Part shown: in pieces, positions 48,100 to 60,170 of the stretch | Numbering within the stretch: the first letter of the stretch is position 1 | Layout of the letters: each line of letters begins with the position of its first letter | Source of the DNA: Mobula hypostoma | Taxonomy: Eukaryota | NCBI RefSeq assembly: GCF_963921235.1 | Contig: NC_086097.1 | Span: 65,598,001-65,662,000, forward strand | Reading direction: 5' to 3' | Length of the DNA: 64,000 nt | Position numbers and translations under genes: made by a program | Notes under the pieces: model-generated | What the model saw: the letters and a program-made list of their open reading frames with translations, nothing else | What the model was told of the DNA's origin: nothing | Database searches by the model: none

Positions 48100-50085
48100 T
48101 CACGAAAATCCTGCCCAATTATCACCAGCACATAACTTGTTGCACCAGAGGTCCTAACACACTAGACTACTGCTGCACTACGATAATGAATGGCTCTTGT
48201 TCCTTTCCAAGACCACATTTTGACAGGTCAGATCATTTGGCTGTACTCCTGCTATCTGCATACAGACGGAGTTTAAAGTGCAAGGCTCGAGAGATCAAGA
48301 CAACCAAGAGGTGGTTACAGGAAGCTGAGGAACGTTTACAAAATTGCCTTGAGTCAGTGGACTGGGCTGCATACAACAGCTCGTCTATGGACCCGAATGA
48401 CTATACCAGGGTCATAACAGACATTATTAAAACAGCTGTGGATGAGTGTGTCCCCACGAAATTGTTCAGGTCAGAAGCCCTGGATGAACAATAAAATCCA
48501 GAACCTGCTGAGAACCAGATCAAAGGCAATCAAGCCTGGAGATCAAGAATCTACAAGAGGTGCAGGTATGATCTCTGGAAAGCCATCTGTGGGACAAAGT
48601 GGAGATTCTGGACTAGACTGGAATCAGTGAGGGTTGCTCTACAACTGTGGCAGGGTTTGAATGCCATGACCTCCCTACAAAGCTAGATCTTGCAACATAG
48701 AGGACAGCAGAGTTTTGCTTCCAGATGAGCTCAATGCCTTTTATGCTCGCTTTGACCACCGCGACGGGGAAGAACCATCGCGCACCTTCATGTCTCCCGA
48801 TGATAATTTGATCTCAGTTTCTGAAGATGATGTGCGGACTGCCTTTACAAGAGTGAATCCAAGGTCCAGATAGAGTACCTGGCTGAGTGCAGAAGAGCTG
48901 TGCTGACCAACTGGTTGTGTATTCACTGATGATATCAACCTTTTGCTCTGGCAGTGTGTGGTACCCAGCTGCTTAAAGCAGGCTTCATTCATACTAGTGC
49001 CCATGAAGAGCATGGTAACCTGTCTAAATGACTATTGCCCAGTGGCACTTACATCTATGGTGATGAACTGTTTTGAGAGGCTTGTGTTGAAGTATATTAG
49101 CGCCTGTCTGATGATTTGGATCTGTTCCAATTTGCCTACCGAAGCAACAGGTTTATGGCAAGTGCTATCTTGTTTGCTCTTCACACAACCCTGGAACATC
49201 TGAGCAATGAAGATGCATACATCAGGATGTTCTTTATCGATTGTAGCTCAGCATATAACATTATCATTCCCTCTAAACGAATCAGTAAACTCCAAGACCT
49301 GGTCCTCAATACTCCCTTGTGCAATTAAATCCTGGATTTTCTCACTTGTAGATCCCAGTCAGTTCAGATTGGCAAAAGCATCTCCTCCACAATCTCCATC
49401 AGCACAGGAGTACTGCAGGGATGTGTACTTAGCCCCTGCTCTACTCGCTTTACACCAATGACTGTGAGGCTGAGTACGGCTCCAACACTATGCACAAGTT
49501 TGCTGATGACACCACTGTTGTGGGGGCTGTATCAAAGGTGGTGATGAATCAACATACAGGAGGGAGATTGAAAACTTGGTTGACTGGTGTAATGACAATA
49601 ACCTGTCACTCAATGTCAGTAAGACCAAGGAACTGATTGTAGACTTCAGGAAAGGGAAACCAGAGGTCTGAGAACCTCACTGGAGGAGCGGAGATTGAGG
49701 GGGCAGTAACTTTAAAGCAGTGTCCATCATCAGAGATCCTCACCACCCAGGCCGTGCTCTTTTCTTGCTGCTGCCATCAGGTAGAAGGTACAGGTGCCTC
49801 AGGACTCGCGCTACCAGGTTCAAGAACAGTTGCTACCCCTCAACCATCAGGCTCTTGAACAGAAGGGGATAACTACCCTCATTTAAGGACTCAATTATGG
49901 ACTCTGTTATCTTGTTATTTCATGCTGGTTATTTATTGCTACTTATTTACATCTGCATTCGCAGAGTTTGTTTACAGTTAATCGTTCCTGATGTTTACGG
50001 TTATTGTTCTTTAGTTTTGCTAAGTATGCTTGCAGAAAAAGAATCTCATGGTTGTATACACTGATAATAAATTTTACTTTGAACT
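48100..50085 (+). mobile_element. Degenerate Rex1/Babar LINE
   Basis: TRGPNTLD, SDHLAVLL, VALTS.VM.CFERLV and KFADDTT, plus the tail. Confidence 0.88.
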
Positions 50086-51604
50086 GTGCTTAGTTAAGTC
50101 TCTATATTTCCTGCACAGCTGGATTGTCTTAACAACCACAGATTCCACCTTAGATGTCATCTAATTCAACTCCAATATTATCTATTAGTATTATTTTATG
50201 GAGTGTACGTGATATGTACTGTGTTTTGCACCTTGATCGCAGAGAAACGTTGTTTTGTTTACGCTGCTTACATGTGTCCAGTTGAACTTGAACCTCTGCT
50301 TTTTCATTAAATACTTAATGGCTGTCATTTTAAATTATTTTGTAGTGATGTATTAAACTGGAGGGTGGCAAACTATGAAAGCATCAGACAGGCCTTGTCA
50401 AAAGTTAATTGGGAATTGTTTTTGGAAAAATCCATATCTGACAAGTGGAGATGGATTAAAGACCAACTGGATTGTATTCAGGACCAGTATGTTCCCGTAA
50501 GAGGGAAGGATAATGATGACAAGTTATAGGAACCTTGCGTGACGAGAGGCAGTTAATTTAGTCAAGGAGGAAGAAGCCTATATTAGGCTTATGAAGCTGG
50601 AATTCAGTCATGTGTTTGAGGACTATAGAGGAGCCAAATGGAAACTCAAGAATGTACTTGGGAGAGCTAGAAAAGGCTCATGAAAAGTTGGGTTAAGGAG
50701 AATCTCAAAGCATCCTACACATACTTCACGGGTAAGAGGACATCGAGTAAAGGTAGGAGTGCTCAAGGATAAAGGAGAGAATTGATGCTTGGAGTCAGAG
50801 GATATGGACAAGATTCTAAAAAAAGGTACTCTATCGGTATTTACTGAGAAGGATGTAGAGGGCGGTGCAATCGTTGTGGACCATGTTAAGATGCTAGGAT
50901 ATTTTGAGATAGGGGTAGTGTTAGGTTTCTTTAAAACATTAAGGTGGTCAATTCCCTCAAACTGATGGGATATACCCCTGCTTATTGGGAAACACAAAAT
51001 AAGATTGAGGCACTTAACTAATATTTTTGTATCTTTGCTAGAATGCTTGTGGACAGATAATGATTTTCTTTCGTTCAAGAAGAGAAAGGGGGATAATCCT
51101 GGTAATTATGGAGCAGCGAATCTCATTTTAATAGTATGGAACCAAAAGGGATGGATTCTTTGGGATAGGATTTGTGAATGTTTGGAGAAGAATATATTTA
51201 GGGACAGTCAGCCTGGCTGTCTGTGGGGCAAGTTACGTCTGACTTATCTGAGTTTAATGAGGAGCTGAAGTTGATTGGTGGTAAAACTGTGGATGTTGCA
51301 TACATGGCATTAAGTAGGGCTCAACAAGGTCCTGCATGGTTCCAGAAAATAAGAATGCATGGGATCCACAGTGATTTGGCTGAATTGAATCAAATATTGG
51401 TTTACCCATGGAAGATAAAGGATGGTGGCAGTTGGGTCTTGTGCTGGGTGGAGGTATGTGACTAGTGGTGTTCTGCAGGGAGCTGTACTGCAATCTTTGG
51501 TGCATATATGAATGGATGAACATAGGGCAGGGTGGGGAAGTTTGCAGATGACACAATGATTTGCTTGTAAATTGCATATGTAAGGGGTTTCTTCTTTTAT
51601 GTTA

Positions 51605-52513
51605 CAGGTGTCCCCCGCTTTTTGAACGTTTGTTTTACGAAACCTCACTGTTACAAAAGACCAACATTAGTACCCTGTTTTCGCCTTCAGAAGGTGTTTT
51701 CACTCTTAGGAAGAAAGGCAGCATGCTATAAAAAATCAGCACACAATAAAAGGCAGCGCGCGCCCCGAGCAGCGGCTCTCTCCTGGATTTGGAATGGCAT
51801 TGCTTTAACACGTTGCATTGAGCAGCCATTAGCAAGATGAGTTCTAAGGTGTCGGAAAAGCCTGAAAGAGTAAGGGTGTTACACTTAGTGTAAAACTAGA
51901 CATAATTAAGTGTTTCGATCGTGGTGAACGAAGCAAGGACAAAGTGAGTTTGGCTTGTGGAAGTTGAGGAAGATGATGTTGAAGAGGTTTTAGCATCGCA
52001 TGACCAAGAACTGATAGATGAAGAGCTGATGTAATTGGAAGAGGAAAGGATAACAATCGAAATCGAATGCAGAAAGTGAAGCAACTGTGTGAGATTTTTG
52101 CTGTAATGATAAAGTACGACTTTAATTTTGAAAGGGTACGTAGGTTTAGGGGATATTTGCAGGATGGTTTGTGTGCTTACAAACAACTGTATGATAGAAA
52201 AATGCGCGAGGCTCAACAGTCAAGCAAGCATTCCACAGCAGACGACGAACCTTGACCTTCGACATTGAGGCAGGCAGTCATAGGAGAAGATGAGCTGCCT
52301 GCCCTGATCGACGATGAGATGACACCCCTCGTGTCCCACCACATCAACACCCGGGCCCTGGACAGATACTGTACCGATTCGCGAAGAATGTAGTGGTAGC
52401 CGGGAGGCACACAGCACATCTTTAAGAAAAAAGCCGAAATAAACATGCTAATTAATTAGGTGCCGCCTAGCACGTAATTGTCGGCCCAGATCAGAGGTGA
52501 TGCAATCGGCAAT
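51605..52513 (+). mobile_element. Internally deleted Tigger (pogo) transposon, right end lost
   Basis: TA|caggtgtcccccgc TIR. N-terminal HTH remnant (VTLSVKLDIIK.FDRGE) fused to the C-terminal 'DVEEVLASHDQELIDEEL..AYKQLYDRK'. Confidence 0.82.
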
Positions 52514-52721
52514 CAGCAACTTTGATGTGTGTTGCTTGAATTTCCAGCATCTGCAGAATTTCTGTTGTATAGAGTTACTGGCTGGATTCTGAAAGAGGGA
52601 TCTTGAGGTCCAGGTACTTGGCTCCTAAAAGTAGTTGGACAGAAAGATGGTGTGGTTTTCAAAAAAAAGTGTTTTACCTTCATTATTTGAGGCATTGTTC
52701 AAAAGCTGGGAAGTCATATTA

Positions 52722-52963
52722 AAGCAACACACATCAAAGTTGCTGGTGAACGCAGCAGGCCAGGCAGCATCTATAGGAAGAAGCGCAGTCGACGTTTCAG
52801 GCCGAGACTCTTCGTCAGGACAGGTCCTGACGAAGGGTCTCGGCCTGAAACGTCGACTGCGCTTCTTCCTATAGATGCTGCCTGGCCTGCTGCGTTCACC
52901 AGCAACTTTGATGTGTGTTGCTTGAATTTCCAGCATCTGCAGAATTCCTGTTGTTTGCGTTTA
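52722..52963. mobile_element. Penelope pLTR head-to-head palindrome with two hammerhead motifs
   Basis: Arms 52722-52821 and 52824-52923 with 1 mismatch and a 2-nt spacer. 14-bp TSD aagtcatattaaag at 52711-52724 and 52964-52977. Confidence 0.9.
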
Positions 52964-53519
52964 AAGTCATATTAAAGTCTGATTAAAACTCTGGTTTGGC
53001 CACATTTTGAGTAATGTGTTCAATTCTGGTTGCCTTATTATAGTACGGGTATGGAGGCTTTGGAGAGTCCAGAGGAGTTTGCCAGTATAAGATATAGGAG
53101 CAGAAATAGGCCATTTGGCCCATCGAGTCTGCTCCGCTATTCAATTTTTTGCCTAGTTTGGAGAACACATGCTATGTGAAGAGATTGGGCAAGCTAGGGC
53201 TATTTTCTTCAGGGCAGTGGAGGCTGAGGAGAGACCTGATAGAAGTCTATAAAATTATGCAAGATGTAGATGGTCAATAGCTTTTCCTCTGTCTGGTACT
53301 GAAGGGTATGGTATTTAAGGCGAGGGAGAAAAAGTACAAAGGTGATATGCAAGGCAATTTTTTTTTTTAAAACAGTGATAGAAGCCTGGAACACATCGCT
53401 GAGGGTGGTGGTAGAGGTAGGTACAATGGACTGTTAGACAGGCACATGAATATGCAGAGAAGGGAGGAATGTGGTCAATGTGGAGGGAAGAAGGATTAGA
53501 TTAATTAGGAGTCATTGGT

Positions 53520-54140
53520 TTCACCGAGCACCTATGGTTCATCCATTAGAAAAAGCGGGATCTTCCAGAGACCACCAATTTTAATTATACTTCCCATTCC
53601 AACACGTTAGTCCATGGCTGCCTCTACTTTCACAATGAGGCCACGCTCAGGTTGGAAGAGCAACACCTTGTATTCCATCTGGGTAGCCTCCAACCTGAAG
53701 GCATGAACCTCAATTACTCAAACTTGCGGTAATGCCCCACTCCCTTCTGCATTCCCATTTCCCTCTCTCACCTGATCTCCTTACCTGCCCATCACCTTCC
53801 TCTGGTGCTCCTCCCCTTCCCTTTCTTCCATGGCCTTCTGTACTTTCCTATCAGATTCTCCCTTCTCCAGCCCCTTACCTTTCTCACCAAACGACTTCCC
53901 AGCTCTTTATTTCACCCCTCACCCTCTGGTTTCACCTATCACCCACTACCTTCCTCCACTCCCCCTACCTTCTTGTGCTGACTTCTCTTTTTTTTTTCTG
54001 TCCAGTCCTTATGAAGGGTCTCAGCCTGAAATTTCAACTGTTTACTCTTTTCCATAGATGCTGTGTGGCTTACTGAGTTCCTCCAGCATTTTGTGTGTGT
54101 GTTGCTTAGATTTCCAGCATCTGCAGATTTTCTCTTATTT
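53520..54140 (+). mobile_element. Older Penelope 3' fragment with degenerate hammerhead (~54004-54039)
   Basis: 'LEEQHLVFHLGSLQPEGMN' followed by the pLTR. Confidence 0.8.
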
Positions 54141-55329
54141 GTCATTGGTTTAATTAGTTTGGCAAAATATCTTGGGCCAATGTGCCTGTGCTGTGCTGCA
54201 CTGTACTTTTGGACCATAAGACTTTGCATCGAGTATGTTCGTCATTCCATCATGGCTGATTAATTATCCCTCTCAACCCCATTCTCCTGCCTTCTCCCTG
54301 TAACCTTCGACTAATCAAGGACTTATCAACCCCTGCTTTAATTATACCCAATGATTTGGCCTCCACATGAATTCCACAGATTCAGCACTTTGAGTAACGA
54401 AATTCTTCATCATTTCTATTCTAACTGCAAGTCCCTCTATTCTGAAGGTGTGCCCTCTGGTCCAAGACTCCACCATAAGCGAAAACATCATCTTCACATC
54501 CACTCTCGTGGCCTTTCAATATTTAATAGGTTGCAATGAGATCCCCTCTCATTCTTCTAAACTCCAGCGAGTATAGGCCCATAGCCATCAAATGCTTCTC
54601 GTACATTAACCCTTTCATTCCCAGAATTATTCTTGTGAATATCTTCTGGACTGTGCCACATTTCCTGGATAAGGGGCCAAAATCTGTTCAAATGCTCCAA
54701 GTGCAGTCTGACCAATGCCTTATAAAGCCTCAGCATTACATCCTTGCCTTTATATTTTAGTCTTCTTGAAATGAATGCTAACATTGCATTTGTCTTCCTT
54801 ATCATTGACTCAACCTGCAAGTTTATCTTTGGGGAATCCTGCACAAAGACTTCCCCTTAGTCCATTTGCACCTCTGATTTTTGACTCCAACATCTTCCTA
54901 ATCACTGAAGTCAGGCAAACTGCTCTATAATTTGGTTTTCTCTTGAAGAGTGTGGTGGCATTTGCAATTTTTCAGTCCTCCGGAACCATTCCAGAATCTA
55001 GAGATTCTTGAAAGATCATTACGAATGCATCCACATCACTTGAGCTATCTCTTTCAGAACCCTGGGGTCCATTTGGTCACGGTGAATTATTTCCCTCTCA
55101 GCTTCCCAAGCACTGTCTCCTTCGAAAGAGCAACTACACTCACTTCTGCCTCCTGACACTCTTGAATTTCTGGCACACTGCCATGTCTTCCCTAGTGGAG
55201 AACTGACACAAAATACTTATTCAGTTCGTACTGATTCCCCCACTACTACTTCAACAGTGTAATTTCCCAGTGGTCCAATATCTGCTGTTAGCTCTCTTTT
55301 ACTCTTCTTACATTTAGAAAAAAAATCAG

Positions 55330-55952
55330 GGTTTTTTTTAAGTCAAAGGAGTCCATAAATCAAACAGGTCATCAATAACAGGCAATTCAAAATACTTCTG
55401 GTGGGACTGGAGAAAATTGCATGGAAAGTATTTAAGGATGCTGTTGAAAACTTTTTTGGCAACTGGAGTACCACTGCAGCTGGCTGACAACATGCTTCAA
55501 GCATACAAAACCATGAAGTACAACATGTCACTAATTTTCTACATTCTCATTTAGACTTCTTTCCTGCAAAGCTTGGTGCTATCAGTGATGAGCATGGTGA
55601 AAGGTTTCACCAGGTCATTGCAGTCATTGAGAAACTGTCATGGCAACTGGAATCCATCAATGTTGGCTGATTTTTGCTGGATACTTAAGTGAGAAGCCTC
55701 AGACACTGAGGACAAATGAAAATCATCAACAACATTTTTAACTGCATTGAACTTTTGCAAAGCGTCAGCACAGTTATGCAATTAAACACTATATTCAATA
55801 AAAGTTAATTTCTTGTTTCTCCAAATTCCTATGCGATACAAGTAGGCTGAAATTATATTTGCATTCAGCTTCCAACAGTCTACCGAAAACAAAAAGAAAT
55901 TCAGAGGAAGCAACACCTTTTTTTTTAAAAAAAAAACATTTGTTGTCCAGTT
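55330..55952 (+). mobile_element. Chapaev3 (CMC) DNA transposon 3' remnant
   Basis: Frameshifted 'NMSL..FLHSHLDFFPA.LGAISDEHGERFHQ.I..GNWNPSMLADFCW' and terminal tttgttgtccagt, like Chapaev3 CACTG-type TIRs. Confidence 0.78.
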
Positions 55953-56348
55953 TGCCTTCATATTTAATCTTTTCTCTCCTTAAGACATTTTATTTGATTT
56001 CTTTAGGTTTTTAAAAACTTCCCAATTCACTAACTTCCCACTAGTTTTTGCTATATTATATACCCTCTCCTTTGCTTTTATGTTGTCTTTGACTTCCCTT
56101 GTCATCCATGGTTGCCTCAGCTTCACTTTAGAATACTTCATCTTTGGGATATATCTATCCTGCGCCTTCCAAATTGCCCCCACAAACTCCAGCCATTGCT
56201 GTTCTGCCATTGTCCTTGCTGGTGTCTCCTTCCAATCAAGTTTGGCCTGCTCCTCTCTCATACCTCTAGTTCCCTTTACTCCACAATAATACTGATACAT
56301 CTGACTTTAGCTTCTCCCTCTGAAATTGCAGGGTGAATTCTATCATAT

Positions 56349-56566
56349 AAGGAAATTACCTTTTAAACTCATGGGAGAGCTTAAGCCATCAACTTTTTGC
56401 TGTTGATGTTTCTGTAGCAGGCAATTTCTTTTTTACGAGGTCGAGTTACTAGCTTGATGCTCAACCCAGTACGGATGGAAAGCATGCCAGTGGAGTCGGC
56501 TGGGTTCGAACCCTTGAGCCTTCGCTATGAAGTCCGGCGCTGATGCCACTACGCCTTCAGCTGGCC
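56349..56566 (-). mobile_element. tRNA-derived SINE
   Basis: On minus: A box ggcgtagtgg and B box ggttcgaaccc. Perfect 13-bp TSD aattctatcatat at 56336-56348 and 56567-56579. Confidence 0.88.
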
Positions 56567-57792
56567 AATTCTATCATATGATTACTCCTAAATAATTCCT
56601 TTACCTTTAGCTCACTAATCAAATCTAGTTCGTTACACAGCAGAAGTGCCTTTCCCCTGGTGAGCTCAACCACAAACTGCTCTAGGAGACTATTTGGGAG
56701 ACCTTCCACATATTCCCTCTCTTGGGATTCTGTACCAACCTGATTTCCCTAATCTACCTACATATTGAAATCCCCTATGACTATCATAACATTGCTCTTA
56801 ATACATGCCTTTTCTATCTCCAGTTGTAATTTGGATTCCATGTCCTGCTACTGTTCAGAGGCCTACCATCTGTGTCTTTTTACCCTTGCAGTTTCTTAAC
56901 TCTTGTACATTCTTGTACATCTTCAGATCCTATGTCACGTCTTTCTAAGGAATTGAATATCTTTTTTTTAACCAATGAAGCCACCCCACCTGTGCTTACC
57001 TGCCTGTCCTTTTGATACAATGTGTATCCTTGGATGTTAAGCTCCCAACTATGATCTTTTTTTCAGCCACAAATCAGTGATACTGACAGTGTCATACCTG
57101 CCGATCTCTAACTACGCTACCACATCATTTACCTTAATTCCGTATGCTGTGTGCATTAAAGTGTAACACCTTCAGTACTGTACTCATCACTCTCTTAAAT
57201 TTTGCCCCCACGTTACACTTCAAATCGGGACAGGCGGGAGGAGAAGATGGCGGCGCGATGCAGCTCACAGTGGCCACTCTGGTGCTGGTATCTGTTATCT
57301 GTCAAGTAGGGTGCCGTGCACAATCCTGATTTGATGGAGACAGACGTGAGAGCATGGAGGAACACCTGGTGAAACTTCTGAAATGCCTGCTTTGCTGCCG
57401 CTGCTACTGTGTGATCCAGAATCTCCGGAGGAGAAGGCCCCAAGTCCTCGGCTTTGCTTGTTGCTCGGCGGCGGGGATGGGGTCGAAGTGCTCGGCAGAG
57501 GGTGGTGCTTGGTGCTCGGTGCCAGGGGGCTGGTCAGAGGCTCGAAGTTTTCGGACGGACTCAGAGTTGGCTGTGGTAGGGTGCTTCCAATGCATCGGCA
57601 AGTTTGCGGCGCTTGGAGGTTCAATGGCGGGGGAGAGTTTCTTCCTTCTACCGTCTGCATGAGATGCTGGGGCTATTGGGACTTGAGACTTTTTTTTACC
57701 GTGCCCATCGTCTGCTGTTTATCAAATTACGGTATTGCTTTGCACTGTTGTAACTGTATGTTATAATTATGTGGTTTTGTCAGTTTTAGTCT

Positions 57793-58301
57793 ATCCATGG
57801 CCTCCTGTACTGTAAAGATGAAGCCACACTCAGGTTGGAGGAACAACACCTTATATTCCTCCAACCTGATGGCATGAACATCGACTTCTCTAACTTCCGC
57901 TAATGCCCCACCTCCCCCTCGTACCCCATCTGTTACTTATTTTTATACACACATTCTTTCTCTCACTCTCCTTTTTCTCCTTCTGTCCCACTGAATATAC
58001 CCCTTGCCCATCCTCTGGGTTCCCCCCCCCCCACCCTTGTCTTTCTTCCCGGACCTCCTGTCCCATGATCCTCTTGTATCCCTTTTGCCAATCACCTGTC
58101 CAGCTTTTGGCTCCATCCCTCCCCCTCCTGTCTTCTCCTATCATTTTGGATCTCCCCCTCCCCCTCCAACTTTCAAATCTCTTACTCACTCTTCCTTCAG
58201 TTAGTCCTGACGAAGGGTCTCGGCCTGAAACGTCGACTGCACCTCTTCCTAGAGATGCTGCCTGGCCTACTGCGTTCACCAGCGACTTTGATGTGTGTTG
58301 C
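57793..58301 (+). mobile_element. Young Penelope 3' fragment/pLTR
   Basis: Highly similar to 2755-3272. 16-bp duplication ttgtcagttttagtct at 57777-57792 and 58302-58317. Confidence 0.9.
58203..58238 (+). ncRNA. Minimal hammerhead ribozyme (GUC cleavage triplet)
   Basis: agtc CTGACGA A gggt ctcg gcct GAAAC GTC gact. Confidence 0.75.
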
Positions 58302-59439
58302 TTGTCAGTTTTAGTCTTGGTTTGTCCTGTGTTTGTGTGATATCTTTCTGGAGGAACATTGTATCATTTTTTTTAATGCACGCATTTCTAAATGACAATA
58401 AACGAGGACTGAGTGTCCTCATATTCTAATCTAATCTAATCTAAAATCATTCCACTGACAGCAATTTTACTCTATCATCGTATCTGCCTAACGTTCTTCA
58501 CAGTCTCACCGCACAATGCATAGACTTGTCTACCATCTGCCACATCCTCATCCCTATCACTCTGGTTCCTACCCCCTGCCAGATTAGTTTAAATTCTCCC
58601 CAACACCTCTAATAAGCCTACCCACAAGGATATTGGTCCCCCCTTGGGTTCAGAAGTAACCTGTCCTTTTTGTACAGGTCGACCCTTCCCCAATACAGAT
58701 CCCAATAATAGTGAAATCTGAAACCCTGCTCCATGCACCAAGTCCTCAGCCACTCATTCATCTGTACTATCATACTATTCCTGCCCTGACTGGCACAAGG
58801 TGCTGGGAGTAATCCAGAGATTATTACCTTGGTCCTACTCTTCAGCCTCTTCTCTAACTCCCTAAACTCACTGTGTAGGACCTCTGTATCCTTTCTACCT
58901 GTGTCATTGGTGCTTATGTGCACCACAACCTGTGGCTGCTCACTCTTCCTTTTGAGAATTGTCTGCAGCCACTGAGAGACATCTGGAACCCTAACACCTG
59001 GGAGGCAACACACCATCTTGGCGCCTCTTTCATGGCCACAGAATCTCCTGTCCATTCCCCTAACTATCGACACTCCTCTCACTGTCGCTCGGCCTGACTT
59101 TACCCTTCCCCGCTGACCCTCAGAGCTGGCCACAGTGCCACTGGCCTGGCTGCTGATGCTGTGCCCTGGTAAGTTAATCCCTCCAGCAGTATCCAAAGTG
59201 GTATATTAGCTGCTGAGGGAATGGCCACAAGGGAACCCTACAGTGACTGCTTACTCTGCTTATTTCTCTTGGTCACCCATCTACTTTCTGAAGCCTGCAC
59301 TCTGAGTGTGATCACCTCAGTAAAAAGGCTGGTTGTGACCACCTCAGTAAAATTACCACCCTGCCTACACTTGGTATACTTCTAACTTCTCAAGCTTAGG
59401 ATTTAAGTGCTGACTGTTCTCAGCCAAACTTAATAAGCC

Positions 59440-60170
59440 AACGCGGTGCTCATCCCATCTTCCCGCCACCTTAATGGTTATAGAGTCCCTCTCATCCTTC
59501 TCTTCCACCCCATCAGCCTCCGCATCCAACACAGTATCCTCCGCAACTTCTGCAATCTCCAAAGAGATCCTACCACTAAACACATCTTTACTTCCACCCC
59601 CCCCCCACCCTCCACTTTCTGCAGGGATCGTTCCCTCTGTGATTCCCTTATCCATTTATCCCTCCCCACTAATCTCCCTCCGGGCACTAATCCCTCTTCC
59701 CTCGCCTCTATTCAGGGCTTCAGACATTCCTTTCAGGTGAGGCAACACTTCACCTGCGAATCCGCTGGGATCGTTGATTGTGTCCAGTGCTCCCGATGCA
59801 GCCCTTTACACTGGTGGCACCCATCATAAATTGGGGGACTGCTTCATTGAACACCTCTGCACCATCTGCCAAAAGTGGGACTTCCTGGTGGTCAAGTATT
59901 TCAATTCTGATTCTTGTTCTGACTTGTTGATCCATGGCCTCCACGTGTGCCAAAATGAGGCCAACCTCAGGATGGAGGAGCAGCACCTTATATTCCATCT
60001 GGGTACCCTCTAACCTAATGGCATGAATATCATTTTTTTCTGCGAAGCAAATTCCTACCCCCCCCTACTTGCCCCGATTCCCTACTCTAGCCTTTTACTT
60101 TTCATCTGCCTGTTACTTTCCCCTGGGTCCTTCCTCTTATGGCCTACTCTCCTCTCCTGTCAGATTCAAC
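59440..60170 (+). mobile_element. Degenerate Penelope (linker and GIY-YIG)
   Basis: 'ILRNFCNLQRDPTTKHIF', 'FQVRQHFTCESAG' and 'MEEQHLIFHLGTL'. Confidence 0.85.

Larger units (their letters stand above)
50355..53510 (+). mobile_element. Old CR1 interrupted by Tigger and Penelope pieces
   Basis: Decayed EN-linker and RT motifs (PGNY, SGVLQG, KFADDT), resuming after 52570. Confidence 0.7.
57227..58444 (+). mobile_element. Second (CTAAT)n-tailed retroposon copy, interrupted by Penelope
   Basis: Collinear with 32975-33622. Possible TSD aaatc. Confidence 0.8.
54215..59330 (-). mobile_element. Near full-length decayed CR1 with several nested insertions
   Basis: RT C-terminus (54557-54844), linker (55980-56300), endonuclease, and ORF1 esterase 58618-59196 (VCCLPG..VVVHISTND). 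Confidence 0.88.
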
